Assembly: GCA_963789395.1 (NCBI GenBank)
Contig: CAWBKP010000015.1
Coordinates: 1 to 64,000 of the forward strand
Direction: 5' to 3'
Length of the DNA: 64,000 nucleotides
Source of the DNA: an uncultured delta proteobacterium
GTDB taxonomy: Bacteria > Desulfobacterota > Desulfobacteria > Desulfobacterales > Desulfatirhabdiaceae
Numbering within the stretch: position 1 is the first letter of the stretch; every line of letters begins with the position of its first letter. This document shows, piece after piece, positions 1-10,079 of this stretch. Under the pieces are notes generated by a model. That model saw only the letters and a list, made by a program, of their open reading frames with translations, did no database searches and was not told the origin of the DNA. The translations under genes were made by a program, and so were the position numbers.

Positions 1-856
1 CAAAGGGCTCTGAATTGTTACTTTTCTGGGTGAAGAATGAATAGAGAGAAAAAATAACCTGTAATCCGAATCCCGTGAATATCAAATCCAGCCCATTTGC
101 CGGAAATCCTTCCGCACAGCTTCGAGTCGGAATCCCATGGACACCTTGCTGATCTTCCGTCTTTATTTTGAGTTTGTTCAAGAATTAAGTAGGTGTCCTC
201 GGATTCAAGCATATTATCTTCTTTTATATCTTCATAGAAAAAAAGTTGAGGATTTGAATAATAAAAGAGAAGAAACATTCTTCCGGTATTGATAATTTTT
301 CCGAACCAACCAATACTTAAGAATAGGATAACATATTGTTTAGATCGGTTCTTCGTTTGTGTTTGCCACACTAAACAGCGAGGAGTCAAAAAAACATGAT
401 TTATTCACTGCAGGCGAAATAATTAAAGATATTTTGAAAACCACCGATATGCTGAGATAAGGATACATAATGGGTCAACAGAAAAATTTCTATCAATAAT
501 ATATCCCTCAATGTTTGTTCGAAAAAAGCGATTGAAAGAATGCTTCAGCGTATTGCGATTGATACAGATTTTTTAACGATTCGTCTGGACGGTTATTCAA
601 AAACATCATGATCAAATCTTTTTCTTACAATGACTTCACAACTTATTTTGTTGTAATGGATACGTTTTACATTTATAAATGACAAGTTACTCGCTTAAAC
701 ATTTGAAGGCTGAATGAGTCCTTTTCCTTTCCTTGTTAATTCATTATCGATTATTAATCCCCTGCTGTAGCCCTGTATGTCTGCTAATTAATGACAGCAA
801 CTGAAATTATCGGAATTGGCAACAACTTTATTACCACATAGCGTGGTTGAAAGGAC

Positions 857-1345
857 ATGATGAAAACCATGGAAGCAAAAAACCTAAACAAAATTTTGGG
901 GCTATTGGCAGCTATCAGTTGTCTCATTGGAGTGAATCCAGACCTGACTCTGAGCGATACCGTTAAAACCTACGTCGGAAGCGAAAGCTGCCAGTCGTGT
1001 CATGAACGGCAATACGACAGCTTTATCGCAAACGCTGCCAAAGCCCGTTCCTTTGAGCACGTTCAGGTCATGAAAAAAGGCCTGACAGAAGCCGAATATC
1101 AAGGATGTCTGAAATGTCACACAACCGCCCATGGAGAGCCCAGCGGTTTTATATCGGTGGAAACAACCCCGTCGCTCAAGAATCCCGGGTGCGAGGTGTG
1201 TCACGGGCCGGGCAGCCTTCATATCGATTCCGGCGATCCGAAAGACATTAAGCAGGCCACCATAGCTGTCTGCGAGAAATGCCATACAGCGGAACGGGTA
1301 AATTCCTTTAAATTCAAACCGGTGCTCTATGGCGGCGCCCATTAG
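857..1345 (+). CDS. Periplasmic tetraheme c-type cytochrome (c554-like)
   Basis: N-terminal hydrophobic signal; four CxxCH motifs (CQSCH, CLKCH, CEVCH, CEKCH). Confidence 0.9.
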   Translation: MMKTMEAKNLNKILGLLAAISCLIGVNPDLTLSDTVKTYVGSESCQSCHERQYDSFIANAAKARSFEHVQVMKKGLTEAEYQGCLKCHTTAHGEPSGFISVETTPSLKNPGCEVCHGPGSLHIDSGDPKDIKQATIAVCEKCHTAERVNSFKFKPVLYGGAH

Positions 1346-1390
1346 CAGTCTGCGCCATATCATGGTAGAAGGGAGACAAAAAGAACGCCT

Positions 1391-2864
1391 ATGAAATTTC
1401 AATTCAATTTCCAGAAACGACTGTGGATCAAGGTGATGTTTGCCCTCGTACCCATGCTGGTGCTTTGCATCGGTCTTATCATCGGGATCAATTTATTCAA
1501 TCAGAATCGTATCATCCGAAGCCAGACCCAGCAGGCATGTGAAAGCCTGGCGGCTGCCATTGAAAGCAGCTCTTTTGATGCCTTGGCCGTGGGCAATAAC
1601 AATGAAGTCCGAAAGCAGTTCAGCCGTTTGAAAGAACAAGCCGCGGGCATCGAGGTCTCCATATTCGATTTTAACGGAGATATCACCTTTGCCTCGGACG
1701 CGGCAATGGTGCATCAGGGTATCCGTACCCTCCTATCCAATAACCAGGCATCGGATGCTGTCACCCAAATGCTGCAAGACGGCAAAGCGCCTTCCGGATC
1801 TTTTGAAGAGAGTGATCAAACAAACAGTCATATCTGAGCCTGATCCGACCCATTCTGAACGCTGAAAACTGCCATCATTGCCATGGGAGTTCCAGAAAAG
1901 TTCTTGGCGGCATCCATATCCGGACTTCAACCCAGGCCATCCTTTCCGCAACGCAGCGGGCGCGGAATCAAGGAATCCTCGTGGGGGTTGCCGGACTGCT
2001 GATTCTGGCGCTGGCGATTTATCGGGTTGTTTCACAAGATGGTCAATCAACCTGTTAAATCGATTCTGGACCTGGCTGGAAAGATGCGGCAAGGGGACTT
2101 CACCCATGCGGCGCCGGTCAAGGCCACGGACGAAATCAGCCACTTGTGCGCTCGCATGAACCTAGTCAATGAAAGCCTCTGCAGTATGATCAGGGGGATA
2201 TTTGATGCCTCTCAGAGCGTTGCATCGGCGTGCCTCCCAGCAGGCCGCTTCCATTGAAGAGACCAGCGCTTCGCTGGAGGAGCTGGCGTCTATGACGAAA
2301 AGAAATACCGATCACGCCATCATGGCGGAAAATTTAATGCGGGACTCCTCAGCCAAGGTTCATCAGGTCGATCAGATCATGACGGAATTGAACGGTTCCA
2401 TGGCGAGCATTTCACAATCCAGCGAGGAAATTTCCAAGATTGCCAGTACCATTGAAGGAATTGCATTTCAGACCAACCTGCTGGCGCTGAACGCTGCTGT
2501 CGAGGCTGCCAGGGCCGGAGAAGCCGGCGCCGGATTTGCCGTTGTCGCCGAAGAAGTGCGGAATCTGGCAATGCGAACGGCTACCGCGGCCAGGAATACA
2601 TCGGAACTTATCGGACTATCAGTTGGAAACATCCATCATGGCAGTGTCCTGGCCGGCAAGACAGTTGAGGCTTTCAAGGGGCTTTCAGAGAGCGCTGCCA
2701 AGGTTTCAGCTCTGATGAGTGAAATATCGAGTGCATCCAGAGAACAGTCTTCGGGTATTACGCAGATCAATGAGGCAGTGCACGAGATGAACAGCGCCAT
2801 CCAACAGAACGCTGCCACAGCAGAGCAGTTGTCTTCCGCCATCGGCTCGTTCAAATTTCAATAA
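1391..2864 (+). CDS. Methyl-accepting chemotaxis protein with heme-c sensor domain (frameshifted in this sequence)
   Basis: TM1 in ORF 1391-1837; off-frame [12 protein letters not shown] (CxxCH at 1870-1884); HAMP in 2027-2257; MCP signature [37 protein letters not shown] in 2202-2864. Confidence 0.85.
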
Positions 2865-2938
2865 CCATTTGTTATTCTGGGAGATACTTCAAATAAGGCC
2901 GTCCAATTGTAAGTTCATGCCGAAAAAGGCGGCACCTT

Positions 2939-2974
2939 AAACCCATTCTCAGAGCAACCAAGAGAGGGTTTTTT
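2939..2974 (+). terminator. Possible intrinsic terminator after the MCP gene
   Basis: Imperfect stem AAACCC.TTCTC / GAGA.GGGTTT ending in a T run. Confidence 0.3.
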
Positions 2975-3030
2975 GTTCAGGCAATGAGGTTCACCTCATA
3001 TTGTCCAGTTTTTGGGGACCATTACCTTTT

Positions 3031-3056
3031 GCTTACTTGCATAAAAGCATGAGTCT
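3031..3056 (+). repeat. Conserved island-boundary site, copy 0 (upstream of the recombinase, no intron)
   Basis: GCTTACTTGCATAAAAGCATGAGTCT; 19/21 identity to 35511-35531; shares TACTTGCATA with the copies at 12795 and 25436. Confidence 0.7.
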
Positions 3057-3096
3057 TATTTCCGGATTTTTATTAATGCATATTTCTGCTATCATT
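3050..3096. repeat. Left imperfect inverted repeat of the recombinase element
   Basis: Reverse complement of 3058-3096 aligns to 4080-4116 (about 29/39 with one 2-nt gap, by eye); similarity extends to AAGACTCA/AATACTCA. Confidence 0.55.
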
Positions 3097-3164
3097 AACC
3101 ATAGCCGAAGTGACCGGCGGTCGTCAAAACATTTGATCAACACCATGAACAAAGGAGGGTCACC

Positions 3165-4002
3165 ATGATAATTTCACAGTGCGTCACCAATTTTTACAAT
3201 TACCAGAAGATGAATGTGAAAAAAAAATACGTTGCGGAACTATGAGTTCATTCTCCGAAAATTTCAAGACCATTTCACTGACATAGAGATTTCATCCATA
3301 ACATCCGATGGCATTCTGGCTTTCATGTCCACGGTATCTGATGGGACCAAGCAGAATACCAAGAAATTACGATTCACCCTTCTTGCATCCTTTTTCAATT
3401 ACATCCACAATTCCATCGATCCTGATTTTCAAAACCCATGTCACAACTCGGCGCTACGCAAACTGTTCAGAGCGGGAAAACCCACCCAGTTCAAAATCCT
3501 TGAAAAGGATGTGGTCGATGAAATCATTTTCAGAACTCAAAATCCCAGGAACCGTCTTTTGCTGGAGCTGATGGCCCGTGGGTGTATGAGGGTCGGAGAG
3601 GTCCTTAAGCTGACCCCAATGGATATTGAAGACCGCAAAGTTGTGATCAGAGACCCTAAAAGCGGCAGGGAAGCCGAGGTGGTTTTCCTGCCACAGAAAG
3701 TGATAGATCGGCTCCAGAAATATGTTCGTGACAATGGCATTAAGCAGGATGCAAGGATTTTCCCGTTTACCTATGCCGCAGCCCGATTGATCGTGAAAAA
3801 TGCCGGCGAACTGGTTGGCATCTATCTGAAGCCTCATGATCTGCGGAAGCATGCTGCCACATACGCGTCTCGATCCGGAACTCCGCTTGAAATTGTTTCA
3901 AAGGTGCTGCTCCGGCATTCGAATCTGTCAACAACCCAGATTTACCTGGGCAAAGTCAGCGATGTTGAAGCGATACGGTGGATCGATAACCTGCATGGGT
4001 AA
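3165..4002 (+). CDS. Tyrosine recombinase/integrase (XerC/D-like), with +1 shift in an A9 run
   Basis: RBS AGGAGG before ATG 3165; catalytic motifs MRVGE (R), PKSG (K), HDLR (HxxR), LRHSN (H), TQIY (Y); an A8 run at 3219-3227 would give continuous MNVKKNTLRNYEF. Confidence 0.9.
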
Positions 4003-4079
4003 TTCTGGTGGTGGCCGGGTCGGGGTCTCTGGCTTCGGGCCGGCTATTTCAAAGATCGAGTTTCAGCTCCTCATCAATA

Positions 4080-4125
4080 AATGATTGCAGTGGTATGCAT
4101 GAGAAAATCGGGAAGTGAATACTCA
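4080..4125. repeat. Right imperfect inverted repeat of the recombinase element
   Basis: AATGATTGCAGTGGTATGCATGAGAAAATCGGGAAGT versus reverse complement of the left end AATGATAGCAGAAATATGCATTAATAAAAATCCGGAAAT. Confidence 0.55.
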
Positions 4126-4147
4126 ACATTCGGATAACATAATATTG

Positions 4148-4210
4148 AGTTTGTCCAGAATCTCACGCAACTTGATTGCCAAATCCTGCTTTGTGAACGG
4201 CTTATTAAAC
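4148..4210 (-). pseudogene. 3' remnant of a receiver (REC) domain gene
   Basis: Translates FNKPFTKQDLAIKLREILDK (KP motif plus final helix of a REC domain); no upstream ORF. Confidence 0.55.
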
Positions 4211-4509
4211 CTCTTATCCAATTTGCCTGGTGGCAATCACTTATTTTAGGGACTCAGAAAATACAATGTCCCTTATTATTTTTCCAATCAAGAAAATGCT
4301 AATAGATCGTTCAGGCGATTAAAGCATTATTGTCTTGCCCAATCAGCGACAAATATCGATACCGTCAAATTACTGTTTATAAAAAAGTGCACAATTATTG
4401 GTAAACGAGGAAAAAAAGCTTGATTATATTTAAACTGATACGTAGGATGCCTGAACTTTATTCAAGCATGGTTGTATGTTAATTAGGAACCCAAACAGGA
4501 GGAATCGCT

Positions 4510-4647
4510 TTGAATGACTCGGATGACAGTCATAGTAGCACGAATGTGACCCTTGATACGACACAAAAAGAAACTGATGACCCTGACCCGCGACGCTTGC
4601 GTCTCGCGACTGATGACTTGAACGGCCGGCACTCCATTCGAGCATAG
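4510..4647 (+). CDS. Candidate 45-aa leader peptide of mgtA (MgtL-like)
   Basis: AGGAGG (4497-4502) 7 nt before TTG; MNDSDDSHSSTNVTLDTTQKETDDPDPRRLRLATDDLNGRHSIRA*. Confidence 0.45.
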   Translation: MNDSDDSHSSTNVTLDTTQKETDDPDPRRLRLATDDLNGRHSIRA

Positions 4648-4658
4648 CCCTCTGGTTC

Positions 4659-4703
4659 ACCTCCGGCCGCGTCCACCCTCCCGCCTGCGGCCAAAATGGA
4701 GGT
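4659..4703 (+). promoter_or_regulatory. Hairpin sequestering the mgtA Shine-Dalgarno
   Basis: ACCTCC-GGCCGC (4659-4670) pairs with GCGGCC (4687-4692) and GGAGGT (4698-4703, SD of GTG 4709). Confidence 0.6.
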
Positions 4704-4708
4704 ACCCC

Positions 4709-7373
4709 GTGATAAAGAATCTGCTTGCACGATTCAGGCTCGGTTCCAACTCTCAATTTCCAGCCCCAAACTCTTCGAACTATCATGAAGATCAATTGTC
4801 TGCTCTTTGCACAGCACCCATTCAAGAAGCATTACTCACCCTAAATACTACCCTTCAGGGGCTAACGGCCGAAGCTGCCGAGAAGCGTCTGGATAAGTTC
4901 GGTCCCAATGAGTTATCACATCTCAAACGGTTGGGCTTTTTTGCCGATATGGCTCACCGTATGAGGAGTCCACTGGTTATTCAGCTTGTGGTGATCGCAC
5001 TGGTCTCTGGAATCATCGGAGAGTTGAAGTCAACTGTAATCGTCTTTGCGATGATTGTGTTGAGCGTCGGGCTGTCCTATGTTCTTGACCGCCGCTCCAG
5101 CCTTACCGTCGAGGCTCTCGGCAAGCGCGTTCAATCCCGAACCTTCGCCCTAAGGGATGGAGTCGAAGCCGAAGTCAGAATATCCGAAATCGTTCCGGGT
5201 GACATTGTGCTTCTTCAGGCTGGCTCAATTGTTCCTGCGGACCTGCGATTGATCGTCGCTAAGGATTTTTTTGTCAGCCAGTCAGCCATGACTGGAGAAT
5301 CCATGCCAGTCGAAAAAACGTGTTCTGCTGCCGAATCGGCCGTACTCCAATCGGCCATGGAATTGCCGAACGCCTGCTTCTTGGGGACCTCAGTTACAAG
5401 CGGCACCGCCAGGGGCATAGTTATTAACACCGGCATCCGCACCTTGTATGGTGCCATTTCGGAACGGCTTTCCGACATACGGGAGGAAACCAGCTTTGAC
5501 CGAGGCGTGCGATCCTTCACCTGGCTGATGATCCGGTTTATGGTGGTGATGGTCTGCGCGGTGTTCTTCATCGTGGGACTGACCAAAGGGCAACTGGTTA
5601 GAGGCGCTTTTGTTCGGCCTGTCCATTGCTGTCGGCCTCACCCCTGAAATGCTGCCGATGATCGTCACTGTCAATCTTGCCAAGGGCGCACTAACGATGG
5701 CCAGAAAGAAGGTCATAGTCAAACGGCTGCCGGCGATCCAGAATTTCGGGGCCATCGACATCCTATGCACTGACAAGACAGGCACCCTGACTCAGGATCG
5801 GGTCTTTCTGGAGCGCCATGTAGATATTGTCGGTCACACCAGCGAAGAAGTCCTGAACTACGCCTATCTGAACAGCTACTTCCAAACCGGCCTGCGCAAC
5901 CTGATCGACAGGGCGGTCCTTGAGCATGATGATATGCATGTGGAGCAGGACTGCCGGCTTGTGGACGAACTGCCCTTTGATTTTCAGCGCCGCCGCATGT
6001 CCGTGGTGGTGGACTATGAAGGAGACCATGTTCTGATCTGCAAAGGCGCGGTTGAGGAGATCTATGCATGTTGTAGTCATTATCAGATCGAGGACGAAGT
6101 TTATCCTCTGATCGACATGATCCATGCCGACCTGTTTGAAGAAGTCGAGAAGCTCAATCGCGACGGTTTCCGGGTTCTCGGCATCGCATATAGGGAGTTT
6201 CCCCAGATCCAAGACTGTTTTCACGGTCGAGTGATGAGAGTCGGCTTATTCTGCTCGGTTATATCGCGTTCTTTGATCCGCCCAAAGTCTCCGCCACGAG
6301 GCGATTGAGCTGCTGACAAAAGCAGGGGTGAAGGTCAAGGTTTTGACAGGCGACAACGGTCTGGTAACAGAAAAGGTCTGCCGGGACGTGGGGCTAGATG
6401 CGGATAGAATTGTCACAGGAGCGGAACTTTCGCGGCTTTCCCCCGGCGATTTTTCGCAAACGGTGCAGGACTGCAATGTCTTCGTCAAGCTGTCTCCGGC
6501 CCAAAAAGAGCAGATCGTAAAGGAACTGCGGAAAAACGGCCATGTGGTGGGGTTCATGGGGGACGGCATCAACGATGCGCCCGCATTGAAGGCGGCGGAT
6601 GTGGGCATTTCAGTGGATTCTGCAGTGGACGTGGCCAAAGAATCTGCGGATATCGTGCTCCTGGAAAAAAGCCTGCTTGTCCTGGAAGAGGGCATCATGG
6701 AAGGACGGAAGGTCTTCGCCAATATCGTCAAATACATCCGCATGGGCGCAAGCTCCAATTTCGGCAACATGTTCAGCGTGATCGGGGCAAGTTACCTGCT
6801 GCCGTTTCTTCCTATGCAGCCGATGCAGATCCTGACGAACAACCTTCTCTATGACTTCTCCCAGACCGGCATTCCCACGGACAACGTGGATGAGGAACTG
6901 ATCGCCAGACCCCTCAAATGGAATATCGATAACATCAAACGGTTCATGGTCTTCATCGGGCCGATAAGCTCTATCTTCGACTATGCCACTTTCGCCTTGA
7001 TGTGGTTCTTTTTCCATTGCAGCGCCTTTCTCGATCCCCGACCGGCGCCGCTGCAAAAAGAATCGCTGGCAAAGCTCTTTCAGACCGGATGGTTCGTGGA
7101 GTCGCTGCTGACCCAGACATTGATCGTCCATATCATCCGGACAAAAAGGCTCCCTTTATTCGGAAGTCGGGCGTCTCTGCCACATGACGATGACCACCCT
7201 GATCATCATGGCCGTCGGCGCCTGGCTGCCGTATTCGCCTTTCGCGGCTGATCTTGGGGATGGTTCCTCTGCCCGCGGTCTACTGGGCCTGGATAGCGGC
7301 TTTTCTGGTGACATACGCCGTATTGACGCACATAGTGAAGACTTGGTTTTTTAACCGATATGGAGGTAATTGA
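4709..7373 (+). CDS. mgtA: Magnesium-translocating P-type ATPase (several frameshifts in this sequence)
   Basis: TGES, VGLTPEMLPM, DKTGTLT, GDGINDAPAL, SSNFGNMFS, FQTGWFVES motifs over ORFs 4709-5647, 5610-6308, 6328-7251; C-terminus KTWFFNRYGGN* at 7373. Confidence 0.92.
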
Positions 7374-7375
7374 TC

Positions 7376-8252
7376 ATGGATACCCTTTTAGATGCCCTTC
7401 AGGAAGGCAGGCTGTTCGAACTGCCTGAAAACGACAAGGCACATGCCTTGCAGTTTCTGGCGCACATCATCGAAGCCTTTCCGGAGACCCCCGCCGGAAC
7501 CGACGTGGTCGGACTTGTCATGAAAAGAGAGACAGGCGACCAACACCGCCATTGGCAAGGGGTGGGCCTGCCCCCATGCGCGGGTGCCCTTTGATGAAGA
7601 TCTCATGTGTGTGATGGGATGGAGCCCGAAGGGAATCGATTACGGCGCGCCGGACGGCAAGCTCGTGAAGCTGGTCGTCATGTATCTGGTTCCGGACAAC
7701 CAGCGGAATCATTACCTGCGAGAGATATCGATGCTGGCCAAGGCGATTGAAACCTATCCCGGACTTGAAAAGTTGACTGAGGCCGGAGAGCTTGGATGAT
7801 GTTCGCAACTACCTGCTGGACCTGATTGAAGCCACAAAGGGGGCAGTCGGTCCGGATTCCCGGGCCAAGATGATCCGGCTGCAAACCAAGCCGGCATCTG
7901 AAACATTCGCCTTTCGTGATCTTTCCAATCTGATCGTGGAGCCCGTAACGCTTGTCGCCGGTGCGGGCATGAAACACATTGCCCTTACCCAGAATGCCGG
8001 TCTTGCGGAATGGCTCGACTCTGCAAGCGATGTAATCGAGAAATGATAGCCGACGGCGTATATCAGAATGCCAAATGGCGCATCTTGTGCAGGGGATCTA
8101 TTGCCTATCAAGGCGGAAAAGCCGCCTATGACTGTTTGGCGATTAGCATGATTACAAACAATTCGATGCCCTCCAAGTCATCCATGGTTTCTACCCAAGA
8201 CGGAATAGAAGGGATCAGAGAGCCAAGGGTAATCGTTCATGCTTCAAAGTAA
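7376..8252 (+). CDS. PTS EIIA-2 (Ntr/fructose-type) domain protein with C-terminal extension (frameshifted)
   Basis: Across frames: KRE..NTAIGKGWACPHARVP..GWSPKGIDYGAPDGKLVKLVVMY, typical of the EIIA-2 fold; starts 2 nt after the mgtA stop. Confidence 0.7.
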
Positions 8253-8437
8253 TAATCAGAGTTCCCCTTGTTTTGCCTGGATTAATAAAAACTGGCCCTT
8301 CTCTGTTTCGTAAAGGTGACCTCATCGAAATAGCGAGGGAACCAGTATTTGAAATGTCTATGGTCGAGTAGCCCAGGGGAATCTCACCCCCAGGCGCCGG
8401 GTCGCCAGAGGCGGTTACCCGCCTCCGGCTCCCACAC

Positions 8438-9264
8438 GTAGGGTCGAGAACTGGCGCGCCGGTTTAGGTCGAAGTTTGTGTTCCCTGTTGTCTCGCTCTT
8501 TCGTTTGCGAGTGTGGCAGCCAATCTCCGTCCATGCCACGTTTCCAGTCCCCGCCTCGTCAAACCCAACATGTGGATTTCCCACATTGGGCTTTCCTGTT
8601 AACTTCATTTGAAGATTTATGTGACCGATCCGGACGGCAGCACTTTCAGAACCTCATCAGGCCTTACTTCACCTGTTCCATCTGTTCTTAGCCTTCCTCT
8701 TCAAATAAATCTCTCCGCTCAGATCTTACAGAATAATGGACGGTTTTATCATTCCGCCCCTGTCTCACCGTGTTGCCTCAAGACTGTTAACAGCAGGGTT
8801 CCTTTACTCCCCAGGAATTACCCCGGTTCATCACTAATACAAACCCATCCGCCACCCTCTCATCTTTCGGCTCATTTCCCGATGTTAACGGTTATAGAGC
8901 CTACCTTGCTCCAGAAATTTCCTTCTGGGACGAGGAGGGCTTCTCCAGTTGCCAATATGTCCTTGTTACCATGCTGTCGCTACCACCCCGCCGGAATGAA
9001 CGAACGTTTCAGTAGTTTTCGGTCGTTCATGCTGCCTTCGCCTCTACGCTAAAGGCTCGACTTCCGGGACTTCGCACTTTCGGGGCTAACCATACGTTCA
9101 CTTTCGTTACGGCCTGATAACTCGCTCACCATCCATACGATGGCTTTGTCAATGGGCTTCAGATATCTTGCTTTCCCTCATCTGCCATACACACTACAGG
9201 GCTTCATACTTTTACCCTGACAGGACTGTCTCCTGCTGAACATACCAGCCTTAGCTGGACACAC
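8438..9264 (-). mobile_element. ORF-less group II intron C1 (inside DV of B)
   Basis: 5' GTGTGTCCAGC; DV AAGCCCAATGTGGGAAATCCACATGTTGGGTTT; long DVI ending CGACCCTAC. Confidence 0.88.
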
Positions 9265-10079
9265 GTAGGGTCGAGAACTGGCGCGCCGGTTTAGGTCGAA
9301 GTTTGTGTTCCCTGTTGTCTCGCTCTTTCGTTTGCGAGTGTCACAGCATCTCGTCCATGCCACGTTTCCAGTCCCCGCCTCGTCAAACCCAGCATGTGGA
9401 TTTCCCACATTGGGTTTTCCTGTTAACTTCATTTGAAGATTTATGTGACCAATCCGGACGGCAGCAATTTCAGAACCTCATCAGGCCTTACTTCACCTGT
9501 TCCATCTGTTCTTAGCCTTCCTCTTCAAATATATCTTCCTGCTCAGATCTTACAAAAATGGACGTTTTTATCATTCCGCCCTTGCTTCCCCGTTTTGCCT
9601 CAAGACTATTACCAGCAGGGTGCCTTTGCTCCCCAGGAATTACCCCGCTTCATCGCTACTACAAACCCATCCGCCACCCTCTCATCTTCTTCATTTCCCG
9701 GTGTTGCCGGTTATAGAACCTACCTTGCTCCAAGAATTTCTTCCTGGGACAAGGAGGGCTTCTCCAGTTGCTAATTGTCCTTATTACCATGCTGTCGCTA
9801 ACACCCCGCCGAAATGAACTAACGTTTCAGTAATTTTCGGTCTTCATACTGCCTTCGCCTATAACTAAAGGCTCGACTTGGGGATTCGCATTTTCGGGGC
9901 CACCTATGCGTTCACTTTCGTTACGGCCTGGTAACTCGCTCACCATCCATAAGATGGCTTTATCAGTAGGCTTCAACGTCTTGGTTTCCCTCATGTCTGC
10001 TACTCAAGCTACAGGGCTTCATACTTTTACCCTGACAGGACTGTCTCCTGCTGAACAAACCAGCCTTAGCTGGACGCAC
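9265..10079 (-). mobile_element. ORF-less group II intron C2 (tandem copy)
   Basis: 5' GTGCGTCCAGC; same 3' end; DV triad reads AAC instead of AGC; diverged domain I. Confidence 0.88.

Noticed and set aside
18..389. 123-aa minus-strand ORF
   Set aside because: AT-rich, no recognisable motif or RBS; cannot be supported as a gene
469..484. AATGGGTCAACAGAAA resembles part of the M-box (ykoK) Mg2+ riboswitch
   Set aside because: Flanking conserved M-box segments are absent and it is 4 kb from mgtA; better read as the start of a decayed ORF
4132..4160. Chromosomal dif site
   Set aside because: Only a XerD-like half arm; no matching XerC arm at 6-bp spacing (same at 12880 and near 36020)
8640..8665. 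CTGATGA..GAAA hammerhead-like core in C introns (also in A introns)
   Set aside because: No credible stem II/III or NUH cleavage triplet; in A introns it falls within domain I
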